Of a stretch of DNA of 64,000 nt, positions 48,958-62,090 are shown in pieces (positions within the stretch are counted from its first letter, which is position 1; the number at the start of each line of letters is the position of its first letter). Source of the stretch: Lama guanicoe (Eukaryota). The notes below the pieces were generated by a model. The model was given only the letters and a program-made list of their open reading frames with translations. It had not been told where the DNA came from and did not search any database. The stretch is from positions 2,170,001 to 2,234,000 of the forward strand of contig MU054212.1 in the NCBI GenBank assembly GCA_013239625.1, written 5' to 3'. The position numbers were made by a program, and so were the translations under genes.

Positions 48958-49394
48958 CAAGTACCCAGGCCCACAATGCACCATTTCTTGCCAGCGTCAA
49001 GGATACTAATTATTATGCCCATACATATATGTTGACTTAGTAGTTTCCCAACGTGTACCTAATATATCATCTAATTAGAGGATAAGCATTTTTTAAAGAA
49101 CATCTCTTATTTTCTTTCAAAAAAAACCCCTAATATATATTTTTGGACACAGTGGATACATAATAAATGCAATCTGACTAAAGATCCATTTTTGTCCTTA
49201 AATCCTAACTGCACCAGCCATTCACTGCAGTGTTGAGTGACGATCATGTGCCCAGCCCTGGGCTATATGGCATGAGGCACAAGTCAGATGTGTTTGGTGC
49301 TGTCCCTGTACTCAAAGATTTCGTCCCCTTACTGAAAAGGAAAACACGCGTGAAATAATTGGGATAATACATCCAGAAGGACCATAAAGTCTAT

Positions 49395-50170
49395 CTAGTC
49401 AGTTTCCTTGGAGTAGATATTCCTGCTGTTCACCAGTATTTCTGACTCCCCTCTCCTCTGAGTGCCTGGGAAAACTGTACATTTCTCAGTCCCTTGAACT
49501 TTAGGTAGGTTGTGTGACGTGCACTGGCAAAAAAAAAAAATGCGAATGGAAGGGATGTGAGTCACATATTGGTGGAAGCATTTAAGAGCTGGAGCGTGCT
49601 TCTCTATTTCCCTTTTTAGCAATTATAGAGGAAGCTTCATGGTTGTCTTAGCCCGCTGAGGCTGCTGTAACTAAATACCACAGGCGAGGAGGCTTACAAA
49701 GAGCAGAATTTTTATTTCTCACAGTTCTGGAGGCCAGAAGTCTGAGCTCAGGATGCCAGCATGGGTGGGTGAGTGTCCTCTCCCCGGCTGCAGATTTCTC
49801 ATTGCGTCCTCACAACATGGAAGGGGCAAGCTAGCCCTCTGGAGTCTCTTTTACAAGGGCCCTAATCCCCTTCATGAGGGACCTGCTCTCAGGACATCAT
49901 CACATCCCCAAGGCCCCATCTCCTAATCTAATCAGCTTGGGCATTAGATTTTCAATAAGTGAATCTGAGGTGATCATAAACATCTGGATCCTAGCAATGA
50001 TGAAAAGCACAAAGCCTTAATCGTGGCATGTGGAGCATGGAGGACAGCTTCCCTGAGCCCCACCAGGAGCTTTTACATGAACTAGAAAGACCATTTTTCT
50101 TGTGGTAGGCCACAGAGATTTAGGGTTACTTGCTACCAGTAGCTAGTATAACCTAGACTATTCTGACTAC
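49395..50170 (+). mobile_element. Old MaLR LTR (MLT1I/J-like), interrupted by a younger MLT1
   Basis: tttctcagtcccttgaactt.aggtagg.tgtgtgac..gcactggc; tggaagcatttaagagc; tgtggtaggccacagagatttagggtta.ttg.tac...ataacctag.cta.tctgact. Confidence 0.75.
49644..49996 (-). mobile_element. MaLR solo LTR (MLT1A-like)
   Basis: tgtcttag...gctgctgtaac.aaataccaca...tttatttctcacagttctggaggc.agaagtc...ctaatcccc.tcatgaggg...tagca. TG...CA ends; 5-bp TSD-like atggt/atgat. Confidence 0.9.
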
Positions 50171-50799
50171 ATCCTTTGTTTTATAGATGAGAAAACTTTA
50201 AGCGTTAACCTGTGTGATATCAAACCTCAATATATTGAGAATTCAGTGGAACCGAGGACTGGAATGGCTGAAGATTTCTTCATGAAGGATGTCTACCTGG
50301 AGCTTATCTCTGTAGGACAAGTATGATTAACCCTGGGGAAGTGGTTATGGCTTTGGTGGGCGTGTAATGGTGACAGCGATGGCCCAGGTGAGAAGAAGCC
50401 AGGAAGAAAATGGGTACCTAACTGTGACAAAAGCCTGGAACTGCTGGTGCTGAGCACTTCATTTGCATGATCTCATGTAATTTTTACAGCCATCCATCCC
50501 TATGGAAATAATAATCACAATAACTATCTCAACCCTCCCTATGAGATAGTCATGGTACTAGTTCCGTTTCTTTACAAGGTAAACCGAAGTTTAGAAAACT
50601 TTACTCTGAATATCTGGAATTCATTCCCATCTTCTTCCCTGAGGACAAGAGGTGTTAACGTTTCTTCTGACAATTCATGTCTTCACTTATGCAATAAATC
50701 CCATCCCCTCCTTTTCTCTGGGATGCTGCCCGAATGGTTGCCTCTTCTTTTTTCATTATTTGTAATTGCTCTATTTCTGCTGGTCCCACACTTTCACCT

Positions 50800-52230
50800 T
50801 AAGAACTGAGCAAATGACCCCTATTTAAAAATAAAAATTGTTAGAAAAATGTAAAACTGAAGTAACTGCACCCTGATTATAGCCTTCAAATTAGCATACT
50901 CTCTGCCTTCAGCTCCTTAGCACATCACAGAAACTTCTCCGGATGAGTCAACACTGACTTCCTGGTTGCCAAATTCAACGGAAAAAAAATGGCCCCTGAT
51001 TTTACTGGGTCTATTGGCCAGAGGTAACTTGGCTTCTGAGGTTCTGTTCTCTTCTGGGTTCTTCTCACTCCTGTACTATTCTGTTTAAGTCCAATTTGAT
51101 GACTCCTCTTTTCCAGTAGACCCTTAAGTGATGGTCCCATACTTGTGTCTTCAGCCCTTATTCTTCTCACTCTTCACACTTTGTAAGAACAACCTCATCC
51201 ACTCCTTTGGGTTGACTACATGTCAATATGGTAACCCCACACACACACACACACACAAATCTAAAGCTCTGGAGCAATTTTCTCTCAAGGACTTCATAAA
51301 TATATATTCTGCCATTTTATTCATGTCCAAGTCCCTTTGAAATAAATAGGTAAGAAAAAAAACCCCAAACTCATTCTTTGCCACCCCAAACCTTCTCCTT
51401 TCCCTGAACTCCTTATCTTCATAAGTAACTCCATTAACTATATAGCCCTTCAAACCGCAAGTCTGCAAACATATTTTTTTCTCCTCTTTCACTAGAATTA
51501 AACTGCACAATTCGAACCAACCATCTAGATGTCTCTCAGTTTCTACCTCTTTTTTTTTTTTTTGCCATCCCTGGTGTTTGTTTAATTTAAGGCTTTGTCA
51601 TTCTCATCTTAACTAGGTCATTTCCTTAATTCCATTAAGACTCCCTCCAGACCACTCTTCACACTTCAGCCAGAGTAGTCTTTCTCTTCCAGTATGTTCA
51701 TCTCATCCTCTATATTGTTCAAAGATGCTTCATTACATTCTGGATAAAATCTCAATGCCTTAGCAGATATGCACAGTCTTTCATGGCCCAATCCACACTC
51801 GGGTCTCCAGTCTTTTCTGCTGCTGCTCCTTTCTTCACATTAATCCCTTGAGCCAAGCCAGAGATGGGCTGGCCTGGGAGTGAGCTGAGGTCTCTTGTCT
51901 CACATGGCCTCCTCTGCCTCAAATACCCTTTACTCTTCCCAGTGGCTTCCTCTGGTGGTTTCCACCTGGCTTCAAGCCAGAGAGTCCTCTCTCTTGTGAA
52001 GCCCAGGTGCTGCCCTGTTAGTGCCCCTGTGGCACCTTGAGCACAATCTCTGATGCTTTTCTCAAATGGCACAGAGAGTGTGGTGACTGAATACATGGCC
52101 CACTACCAGCTGAAGGTCCAAGATTATTGAGTGCAGAGTCTACGTTACACTCCTCTTTTAATCCCAGTGCCCACAGCAGTGAATACAAGCAACAGAGGCT
52201 CAGGAAGTATTGTTAAATAAGTGAATTAGT
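50800..52230 (+). mobile_element. L2 LINE 3' region (long fragment), with (CA)n at ~51239-51257
   Basis: cttcctggttgccaaattcaa; ctcttcacact..g.aagaacaacctcatccactcc; cagccagagtagtcttt; ends cagtgcccacagcagtg...attgttaaataagtgaat. Confidence 0.75.
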
Positions 52231-53382
52231 ATAGATTATGTGAAATACAGATTACATAAAAATTACTTGAAAATTTGGTTTGCATTCTCCTTCTACAAAT
52301 TAAGGGGAGATCTTTTTTTTTCCCCCCTACATGATCATCTCATAGCTTGGTTCCATTTCTCTTCTCAAATTTATTTATCTATTTCACAATATAGGATTAG
52401 GCTTTCAAAATAACACACAAAAATAAAGTCAGCACCTTGTCATCAAGATTTATAGAATACCCACAATAGGTTCAGAGCCTTGTAGTTAGGACAGAAACAC
52501 TAGACAAATAAATGGGCTTTCTCTTTTTCTTCTTCTTTTTTTTTTTTTTTTTAACTTTTTTTATTTTTTAACTTTGCTTGTCTCATTCATAGCTTAGAAG
52601 TTGCTGCTGAACCACAGGTGGGTATAAAGGTAGTTTGGTCTCTTTGAGCATTACCGATATGTCTAAAAGACAGGCTCTGTAATTCAACCTGCTTTCTAGA
52701 TGAGTGGAGCACACCAAATCGTTTGGTGCCGTGATGAAAACAAGAGGGCTAGATGTATTCCTGTTGAATAAGGATACATCAGATTGGAGCCCGTATTTTG
52801 ATTTTTTTCTGTGCATGTGATAGCACTGTAAATCGTCTTTTTTTCATTTTCTCAATCTCATTAACTTCATTCTCCGTTGCTTCATTATTTTCAGAACCGT
52901 CTTCTGTAGCTGCATTTTTTTCCTAACCCACTAATCTGTCAGCTGTTACAGTATTTTTAATTATATTTTCCCAATATTTCTTTGCTTGTCATCATTTATT
53001 TTTAATTTACATGCATATATTATTTTTATGATGAAGCATGAGAGTGGCTGCATGCTATATGCAATGTCTAGTTACCAAACTTTTTATCGAATCCTTGCCT
53101 CATGTGTCTCACAACGAAATTCCAATTCTTTTGTTCTTCCCAGATTTATGCAGAGGAGAGACTGTTAGGAAGAACTTAGACCCATGTTCATAGGCACTGA
53201 AGGTTGGACTTCAGTCAGTGATTGCCGCTCATGATCTTATTCTGATTCTGAAACTTCGTGGGAGTATTTTGTTGTTGTTGTTGAAATATATATTTTTTTA
53301 TTATCTTGTAATAACTTAAGCGAAATTGCCGGGTCAGATGTTAACTCTAAGATATTGAGAACTGCCAGAATGGCTGCACCAC

Positions 53383-54327
53383 TTTATTTTTACTTTTGTA
53401 TTGAAATAGAGTCGGTTTACAATGTTGTGTTAATTTCTTGTGTACAGTATAGTGATTTGGTTATACATGCATCTATGTATATATGTTCCATTTCATATTC
53501 TTTTTCATTATAGGCTATTATAAGATATCAAATATAGTTCCCTGTGTGATACAGTAGTACTTTGTTGTTTACTTTATATATAGTAGCTACTATCTGCAAA
53601 TTATGAGCCCTCAATTTATCCCTTCACCCCCTCATTCCCTCCTGGTAATCATTTGTTTTCTATGTCTGTGAGTCTGTTTCTATTTTGTAAATAAGTTCAC
53701 TTGTGTCATTTTTTTTGGATTCCACATATAAGTGATACCATATAGTATTTTTCTTTCTCTTTCTGGCTTACTTCATTTAGTATGACATTCTCCAGGTCAA
53801 TCCATGTTGCTGCAAATGGCATTATTTTATTCTTTTTGATGGCTGAGTAGCATTCCATTATATAAATATACCATAACTTCTTTATCCAGTCATCAGTTGA
53901 TGGACACTTAGGTTGTTTCCATGTCTTGGCTATTGTAAACAGTGCTGCTATGAACACTGGGGTGCATCTATCTTTTTGAATTAGGGTTTCCTCTGGATAT
54001 ATGCACAGAGTAGAATTGCTGGATCATAACTCTTCATTTTTTAAGGAATCCCCATACTGTTTTCCATAATGGCTGTACCAAACTACATTCCCACTAACAG
54101 TGTAGGAGGGTTCTCTTTTCTCCACACCCACTCTGGCATTTATCATTTGTGGACTTTTTAATGATGGCCATTCTGACAGGTGTGCGGTGATACCTCATTG
54201 CAGTTTTGATTTGCATTTCTCTGATGATTGGCGATACTGAGCATTTTTGCATATGCCTATTGGCCATTTGTCTGTCTTCACTGAAGAAATGTTTGTTGAG
54301 GTCTTCTGCCCATTTTTGGATTGGGTT

Positions 54328-54362
<35 letters not shown>

Positions 54363-54776
54363 ATTGTTAAATTTTATATGCTGTTTGTATATTCTGGAAA
54401 TTAAGTCCTTGTCAGAATTATCATTTGCAAATATTCCCCCCCGACTCGGTTCCATAGATTGTCTTTTTGTTTTGTTTATGGTTTCCTTAGCTGTGCAAAA
54501 GCTTTTAAGTTTAATTTGGTCCCATTTGTTTATTTTTGCTTTTATTTCTATTGTCTGGGTAGACTGCCCGAGGAGAACATTGCTAAGATTTATGTCAGAG
54601 AATGTTTTGCCTGTGTTTTCTTCTAGAAGGTTTATAGTGTCTTCTCTCATATTTAAGTCTTTAAGCCATTTTGAGTTTTTTTTCTGTGTCTGGTGTGACG
54701 GAGTGTTATAAGTTCTAACTTCATTGACTTACATGCTGCTGTCCAGTTTTCCCAACATCATTGGCTGAAGGGACTG
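53383..54776 (-). mobile_element. 5'-truncated young (camelid-type) LINE-1: ORF2 C-terminus plus 3'UTR, with (GTT)n expansion at ~54328-54365
   Basis: Minus ORFs 53706-53957 ([32 protein letters not shown]) and 54195-54650 (KAKINKWDQIKLKSFCTAKETIN) are canonical L1 ORF2; T-rich tail at the left end. Confidence 0.97.
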
Positions 54777-54974
54777 GCACAATATACTGGCAGCTGGCAC
54801 ATACCCTGCGGGAAGCACTGACCTAGAACTCACTTCCATTCTCTTTCACTTGTATGCTGGATCTGGGTTCCTTGCTTCTTTTCTTGATTCCCTTTATTAA
54901 GACTATATTTTAAATTCATCATGACTGGTGATTATCATTTTTTTGCTTGTTTGTTTCTATAAGCAGGGACAAGA

Positions 54975-55220
54975 TTAAGAGGAAGAGGTCAGAGCCAGAA
55001 AAACCTGGGCTTGAATCTCCCTTCTGCCAGATGCCCACTGTGTGAGTTCACTCATACTCTCTAAACCTCATTTTCTTTAACTGTAAAGTGGGCAAACAAT
55101 ACTTGCCTCATAGAATGGTTGTGAGAATTTAATGGGATAATATATGTAAATCATTTATTTAACATAGTTCACAACCCAAAGTGCTTGATTAGTGGTAGTT
55201 AATAGTCGTAGTAGTAATAA
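54975..55220 (+). mobile_element. MIR SINE
   Basis: agagccagaaaaacctgggcttgaatc...ctctctaaacctcattttctt.aactgtaaagtggg...cctcatagaatggttgtgagaattta. Confidence 0.85.
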
Positions 55221-56539
55221 TAAACAACCCTGAAATTTGTCATTTTCCCAATAAGATAGAAATGTATATCTCATAGTATATGTATGTTTGCATGTAGATA
55301 TGTATGTATGAGGAATAATATCTAGTTAATATAATATTGTATATGCTATATATAATATTATATAATAATATGGCTATAGATTTCTAATTAATCATTTACC
55401 TAATTATTAATCTAATCATTTGCCTCTCCTTATTCTCCCTCTGTCCTGTCATCTGACTCCTGTCTGTCTGTCTAGCATTTTGACTCTCAGCCTTAGCTCT
55501 AAAGTGGAGATTGTTGATGATCAAATCTTATTCATCACTTAGAAAACTGCTTCATTCTATCAGGAAATTTTTAAAGTACTCAGATGAATCACTACGAAGA
55601 CTAATTTTGAAAATGGTGTTTGATCAGTGGTATAGTTTTGATTGATAGCTCCGCTATTCCCAAAGGAAACTTAACAAAATATTTTCAAAAAGGAACACTT
55701 TGAAGGAAGAAAAGATTATGGGAGGAGGCAAACTTGGGGGAACAACCATGCCTAATAAGAATTCTTCAGATGGTGTCTCACTCATTAGACAAGTTTATGA
55801 ACTGTGAATCATGTCGATGGTGCCTCTTTATCAACTAGGACCAAATTGAGATTCTGGAAAGATCTCTTCAATAACATGAAGAAAATGGTTCAAGGAGATT
55901 CTCAATGATTTTTCTATAGGAAAAAAAAGTGAAGGAGTATAAATTTGATTTAAGTCAGACTTCTCTCTCCTGAACTAAAATTTGTCATGATCACAGCCAC
56001 CCTGATGTCATTTAGAATTTCTTCATCGTTAGAAATCTCTAAGTGAGAATGAAACTGTAACATGAGTTCCCATTTTTCAGTTTGAAGGTTTCAGCAGGGA
56101 TTCCATCAGCTCCTGAACTCTTGCTGTATCTACCAGATGACTTTCAGGGGATTGAATCGAACAGCACAAAGAACTCTGCTATTTGGTAAGTTGCAAGCGA
56201 AGCTCTGTAAAATGCAACTTCCAATATGTATTTGGCCTCTTTGCAATAATCTTTATCTTTAGTTCTTAATATGCAAGAACATAATGGAAGTGGGGTAGGA
56301 TAGGCTGGGGGAGAAGAACAGGACATTCCTTGAGAGTTTGAAGAGAGGGGGCATTTGTTAGCTATGAGACAAGGTTTCAGAGGGCACTCTGAAACAGAAG
56401 AGAGCGGTGGCAGATTAGGTCTAGAAGGATGTGCTGTCCAGCATGGGGATGAGGATACAGAAGAGAACAGCTGATACAAGACTGACAAAAATTTATGTAT
56501 CTTCTGAGAAGGCGTCAGCTTTTTCTTTACGGATGAGCC

Positions 56540-57430
56540 TTCTCATACTTTCATTTCCTTCCTTCTCCACTCAGATTCCACAACATGTCACTTCAGTAAC
56601 TCTCCTCATGGTATCCTCAGCCTCTTCACCTCATTGTCCTTTTCATAATCACTTGTCTGACTAAATCCTGGAAAATTTTATTTGTCCTTCCCTGTGTGTG
56701 TGCCCAGGATGCTAAACACTGCTGAAGAGAACCACTCACTGCTGGTCAGTCTGGGATCACTGCAAATTCATACGATGGAAATTCAAAGATGCCAGGCAAT
56801 CATTTCTCCTACTCACTGCTCTGTCCTGTTCAGCACAGCAGCCTTGTCAAATCTCCCAAATCTTTAAATTCATGTCCCCCCAGCCTCCCCTTACACTCTT
56901 AGCAAATAATCACCTACTTTACTGGAATATGGACATTGTTGGATGGGAACAACTCTGCCTTCTGTTCCCAATCCCACTAACTCCGCCCCACTTTATCCAC
57001 CCCTCACCTTTTCCCTCCTCACACTTGGAAAGGGAGAGTTCTGGATCGCACGACTTCCGTTCTATCAGTTTTCTTTTCTCTGACCTACCTCTTCAACTTT
57101 GCCCTCCCTGGTTCTTTCTGTTTAGCAAATATTTCTTCCACCTTAACTTTAACTAATCTTCCTTCCCCCTCCTTCCAGCCAAGCATCTTGAAAGAACTGT
57201 TTGCATTTTCTCTTTTACCTCCTTGGCTTCCCCTCCTACCAGTCGACCAAACGGCTTCTGCCCCTTCCCAGTCACAATTCCAGTGGCCATTTTTCAATCC
57301 TTATCTGACTTGACCCAGTCACTCTCCCAGCCATGAAATCCTTCCTATTTTGCTCCTAATATCCACACTCTCCTCGTCTCACTCTCCTAGCCAGGCTCCT
57401 CTTCCACTTTTCATCCCTAAAATGTCAGTT
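56540..57430 (+). mobile_element. L2 LINE fragments
   Basis: Pyrimidine-rich; gctgaagagaaccac; ggcttctgcccc; ccagtggccatttttcaatccttatctgacttgacc. Confidence 0.55.
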
Positions 57431-57499
57431 TTTTATACAATTTAAAGGTGTTAGTTATTTGCATTTGTGTGTTAATTGTTGTTCACGATCTCAGGTACG

Positions 57500-59130
57500 A
57501 CTGGGTTTTCTAAATTATTTGTGAGAGGCATTTTAAACTCAGACATTTTAAGCTTTTTTGTCCAGATGTTATGCCTTTCTTTTTTTGATTCTGAGAAGAG
57601 GATTAAGCCGTTTTACCTACAGATCTCATAGTTTTTGTTAATTTCACTCCGAGATAATTTACATTCTTGGTTTTGGTTACCATTGTGTGAATGGAATTTT
57701 CATTTTCCATTATATTTACATAGACAGAGGCTTTATATGATTACCTTGTTTCGAGGTACTTTACAAAACCCACTTAGTAGTTTTAATGATTTTGTATTTT
57801 ATTCTGTAAGGGGTTTTTTAAAGTGTTTTAATGTATAATCTGCAAAAAAAGATAACTTACCTCTTTCAAGTAAATTCAAATTTAAAATTTTATTTTATAT
57901 CTGACTGTAATGTAAACAAATTTTATAAAAATATTAAAAGGAATGGAGATTTTTCTTGTATTTAATTTGAAAGTCTCTGGTTTTATTATTAGGCCTGATA
58001 TTTCCTGTTTAATAAACAGATTTGATATGTATGTATTTATTTGAATGCACCTAGAATATAACCAGATATTATAACCAGATATTATAATCCGAAACCAGTA
58101 ACAGTGATTGTGTCTGGGAAGGAGTTTGACTGATGGCACAGGTAAGTAGGGATATACTCCATGAATATACTTACGTGTTATTTGAATTTTGTACCATGTA
58201 CATGTATAACCCATTCAAAACAGAAATACTAGAATTAACAAATCAAAGCAATATTTATTTTCTTACTAAGGAAGTATTCATTTAGTCCTAATTTCTAAGG
58301 TTTTAAAAAAATACTCAGCAATGGATGGTGAATTAAACATGTATTTCTTTCTACATTCATTGTCCTGATTATATGGTTTTTTTAATTTGATCTTTGGTAT
58401 ATTGCATCTAAAATGTGTCTAATTTTAAACCATCTGCATTGGTTGTGGCATTTTAGTCTGTTTTTCTGATGAATTAGAACTAGTATTTTATTTAGCATCT
58501 TTGTATCTATGGTCATAAATGAAGACTGTTTTGCAGTGAGATGTTTTGGTCAAGTTTTATTGCTAATATTGTGAAACAAATTAACAAATCCTCCATACTT
58601 TCCTATACTCAAAAATTTATTTAGCATGGAATTTCTTCAGTGCTTGAAAAGTTGAAAGAACTCACCTGTAAAACTACTGGAATCTAAAAAACAAAAACAA
58701 ACAAACAAACAAAAACAAAGCATAAATACAGGACAGAAATAGACTCATGGACAGAGAATACAGACTTGTGGTTACCGGGGTGGGGGGCGGGGTAGAGGGT
58801 GGGAAGGGATAGACTGGGGTTTCAAAATTGTAGAATAGATAAACAAGATTACACTGTATAGCACAGGGAAATATACACAAAATGTTATGATAAATCACAG
58901 AGAAAAAAATGTGACAATGAGTGTGTATATGTCCATGAATGACTGAAAAATTGTGCTGAACACTGGAATTTGACACAACACTGTAAAATGATTATGAATC
59001 AATAAAAAATGTTAAAAAAAACTACTGATTTTAAGCTTCTTTTGGAAGAAATATTTTGGTAAAAGTCTTTAATTTTTTTATGGCTATGATTCTATTAAGG
59101 TTTCCATGCTTTACTATTTCTTATGAATTA
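57500..59130 (-). mobile_element. Old L1ME-type ORF2 remnant hosting nested younger L1 pieces
   Basis: T-rich strand with ataatctgcaaa...gataactt; attttatttagcatctttgtatctat; agtgcttgaaaagttgaaagaactcacctgtaaaac. A + strand L1 3' piece sits at ~58050-58250. Confidence 0.65.
58680..59017 (+). mobile_element. Young 5'-truncated camelid-type L1 3'UTR with perfect 10-bp TSD
   Basis: gacagaaatagactcatggacagagaatacagacttgtggttacc...ttgacacaacactgtaaaatgatta...aataaaaaatgttaaaaaaa. TSD aaaactactg at 58670-58679 and 59018-59027. Confidence 0.95.
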
Positions 59131-60634
59131 TTGACTTGAAAGACACCTAAGTGCAGTATGAGTGTGATTTTAGATCAAGTCTAGATAAAAATCATTAAGA
59201 AGTGAATTTATTGACATAAAAAGTTTACTTCCTGATTTCAAAATTACAAAATTTCTTTCACAGATCACCTAATCTTGCTCTTGTCAAAATAGAAATATAT
59301 ATTTATATTTGGTAAAACAATCTGAAATTTTCAATTAACTCACATGGTTGCATGTGTTCATTGATAACATAAGCCAATTCTTAAAAATATTTGATTTTCT
59401 GCTCAGAGTCCGTAATGGTAGGAACTGAAATGACAAATTTATCTTACTCTAGGGAACAAATCTCTGTAACTCGACCATATCTTTGCCACTCATGAATCAT
59501 CGTCTGGGCTTTACTTGTGGGATGAATATATCTGTTATGTATACCTTCTTGTCCTTTTTGTATAACTATATATTTCTTTCTTTGCATCCACTTTTATTTA
59601 TATGCATCCTACCTCTGATACTCACAGTGGAGACTTAACTTGGAGCAAATCAATTAAACCCACCAGAATTCTTTTTGCTGTATAATACTGCTGGATCAAA
59701 ACAGAAAATTTGTCAGGGTCTTTACCGTATTTTCTTCAAAGAAGAGGCACGAGCTGGAAAAGGGAGTGAGGTGAACATCTGATCAAGATGACAGGCACCC
59801 GTAGAGCCCGGCAGCTGGCTGGAACACAAGCTGATGACATGTATTTGGTGTCATTCTGATGTAGATTCTGACAGAGGCCAATTTATGGTCCAATTTATGT
59901 CTTGACTCTCATACGAAGGCCAAGCAAGCTATAAAATGTAATAAGAATTTCTTCAATCAATGTCCAGAGGAAAAACAAATCACTCAGTTACTGACACAAT
60001 ATTGCATCAACACCCGGGCAAAGTTCTCACAAGTGTGTGACATGCCCCCAAGCTACAAAGAGCACGGAGACGGAAAACCCGCCACAGCAACACCGCATCC
60101 TAATGGAGGGCGTTCTCAACTTTATAGCTGTGAATAGGTCATCAGCTCTCTTTTTCCCTTCATCTAATAGTACTCGCATCTGGGGACAGTGAGGAGAGGA
60201 ATATTAAATAAATAAATAAACTGTTCTTCCTTCCTTCTGAGATTTCAGTTTCAAGCTTATTTCTGCCCTCCTTGCTATGAATGCCTTCCTTCCTCTTTCC
60301 TCTACCTCCTCTCCTTCCTATCAGTCCCCCCCCCATTTACAGAGAAAGTTATCTATTTGTCCCTTGGCAGATCATTCCAACTTAGGATCCTAGTGAGGTA
60401 ACACAGATTAGTCCCTGATCGTAGCTTCTATCCAGCCAGTCATGCGCTCATGCATTTTCATTCTGCCTCTTCTTTTGGGTGTTTTGTAACCAGACACGCC
60501 GTTAAGCACTGTTACAAGTCAGGGCAGGGAAGGTTTTCAGAGAAGGAAGATGGGGGAATCTGCTCTCTGAGGTCTAGTCCAACTGTTTCTGATTTTGTTT
60601 CTTCCAAATACTGTTTTAAGAGTTTCATTGCACA

Positions 60635-60669
<35 letters not shown>

Positions 60670-60670
60670 C
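60635..60670. repeat. (AC)n microsatellite
   Basis: Directly visible. Confidence 0.95.
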
Positions 60671-61829
60671 AGAGCAAATAGCTGTAGGAGCACCATAGTG
60701 GTCTAAGTCAAACGTGGCTTCATGTATGTGTGCAGCTAGGTCTGGAGTCGGAGTAATTTTGTTTATTGGTGTTGGGGGTGGGGCAAAATGGTTAACCAGA
60801 GGCATCTCATATTTGAAAGTGTTTGCCTTCAGAACATTAGGAAAGTTACGAGGCAGGACAGGAAAATAGAACACATTTTTAGAGGTAATTTCTTTCTTTT
60901 TATAAAAGAATAGTGGACGAGTTAAGAGGACATAAAATGCTGAGAGCCTTCGTGGGACACTGGATGAGAATTGGGGGCAGCCCAGTTTACACGCAGGTCT
61001 GGCACTTCATGGCTGGGTTAAAGGGTTGGGAAGGCGCTCCTGACTTAGCAGTGCTTCTGAAAAGGTCAGTGCTACAACACAGGAAAACGAGTCACAGTAA
61101 AATCATTAGACCACAGTGATAATTTGGTGATATATATTTGGTAATATATTTAATATATTCCTGAAAAGGAATAAGGCTCCATTCAGTCAGGGCAAATTTT
61201 GTCCATGCATACTCCAAGAAGTGGCGGTCACCTCCGCTGATCAGCTTTGCCTCTGGAATTTTCCCTGACCCCACTAGTCTGAAATTAACCACTTCTTCTT
61301 GTGTCCTGAAAGCAAGTCAACTGTGGTCCTCTGTTGTCAGAGAAAATCCAAATGTTGTGAGAATCAAACCAATACAACTGGGTGGACTTAAAAAAAAATA
61401 CAAAGTGATCTTCAAAAGTGATTATTTAGAATAAGAAAAGAAATCACAGCTTCTTAGCACCCTGGAGATTCAAATTCCTTTCCCCTGAGACCTCTTTAGA
61501 TGTTTTACCAGTTTTGTTAACATAGAAGTGATTCTTGGTTGCAACCTGGCTTCCCTTCCCCACCTAGAATCTCTACCTGCACCAGCAACTCCTAGGACTC
61601 AAGGGGCTGGTGCAGGTGAGCAGCTCTGGAAACGTGAGCTTCTGTCTTTCATATTGTTTCTCAACAACGTGTGTCTCTCTTTCCAGCAGATCCAGGTAGA
61701 GGGTTCTGAATAATATGGCGAGAGTAACTGCACTTGGAATGGTATTCTGAACTGTTTCGCTGTTTACTTCTGTGGAGTAATTTTTCTGATTGTAGAAGTA
61801 CCCTGAGTTCATGACTGAAGTTTTGAAAA

Positions 61830-62090
61830 ACTCAAAAAATGAATTATAGAAGAGAATTAGAATATTGTAATGTCACTGCCATTAAATGTTGTATTTTCTT
61901 CTGATCTTTTTACTGCAGGTGTATTTGTATATGTGTTACATAATTTCATTTGAAATATCCTGCTTTTCACTTTTTTCATTTTTTTAATATCCTGCCTCAT
62001 TAAGAATATTCTAGAAGCACGACTTTTAACGGTGAATAATCTCACATTGTACGGATGTACCATATCTTTGTAGCTGCTCCCCTAATAGGA
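61830..62090 (-). mobile_element. Old L1ME-type 3' fragment
   Basis: ctgcttttcactt; ttttaacggtgaataatctcacattgtacggatgtaccata...tcccct. Confidence 0.55.

Noticed and set aside
53706..54711. ORFs with poly-N/poly-L tracts
   Set aside because: L1 ORF2 remnant with a (GTT)n expansion, and its antisense reading.
58067..58097. tataaccagatat tandem micro-duplication
   Set aside because: Ordinary slippage inside an old L1 fragment.
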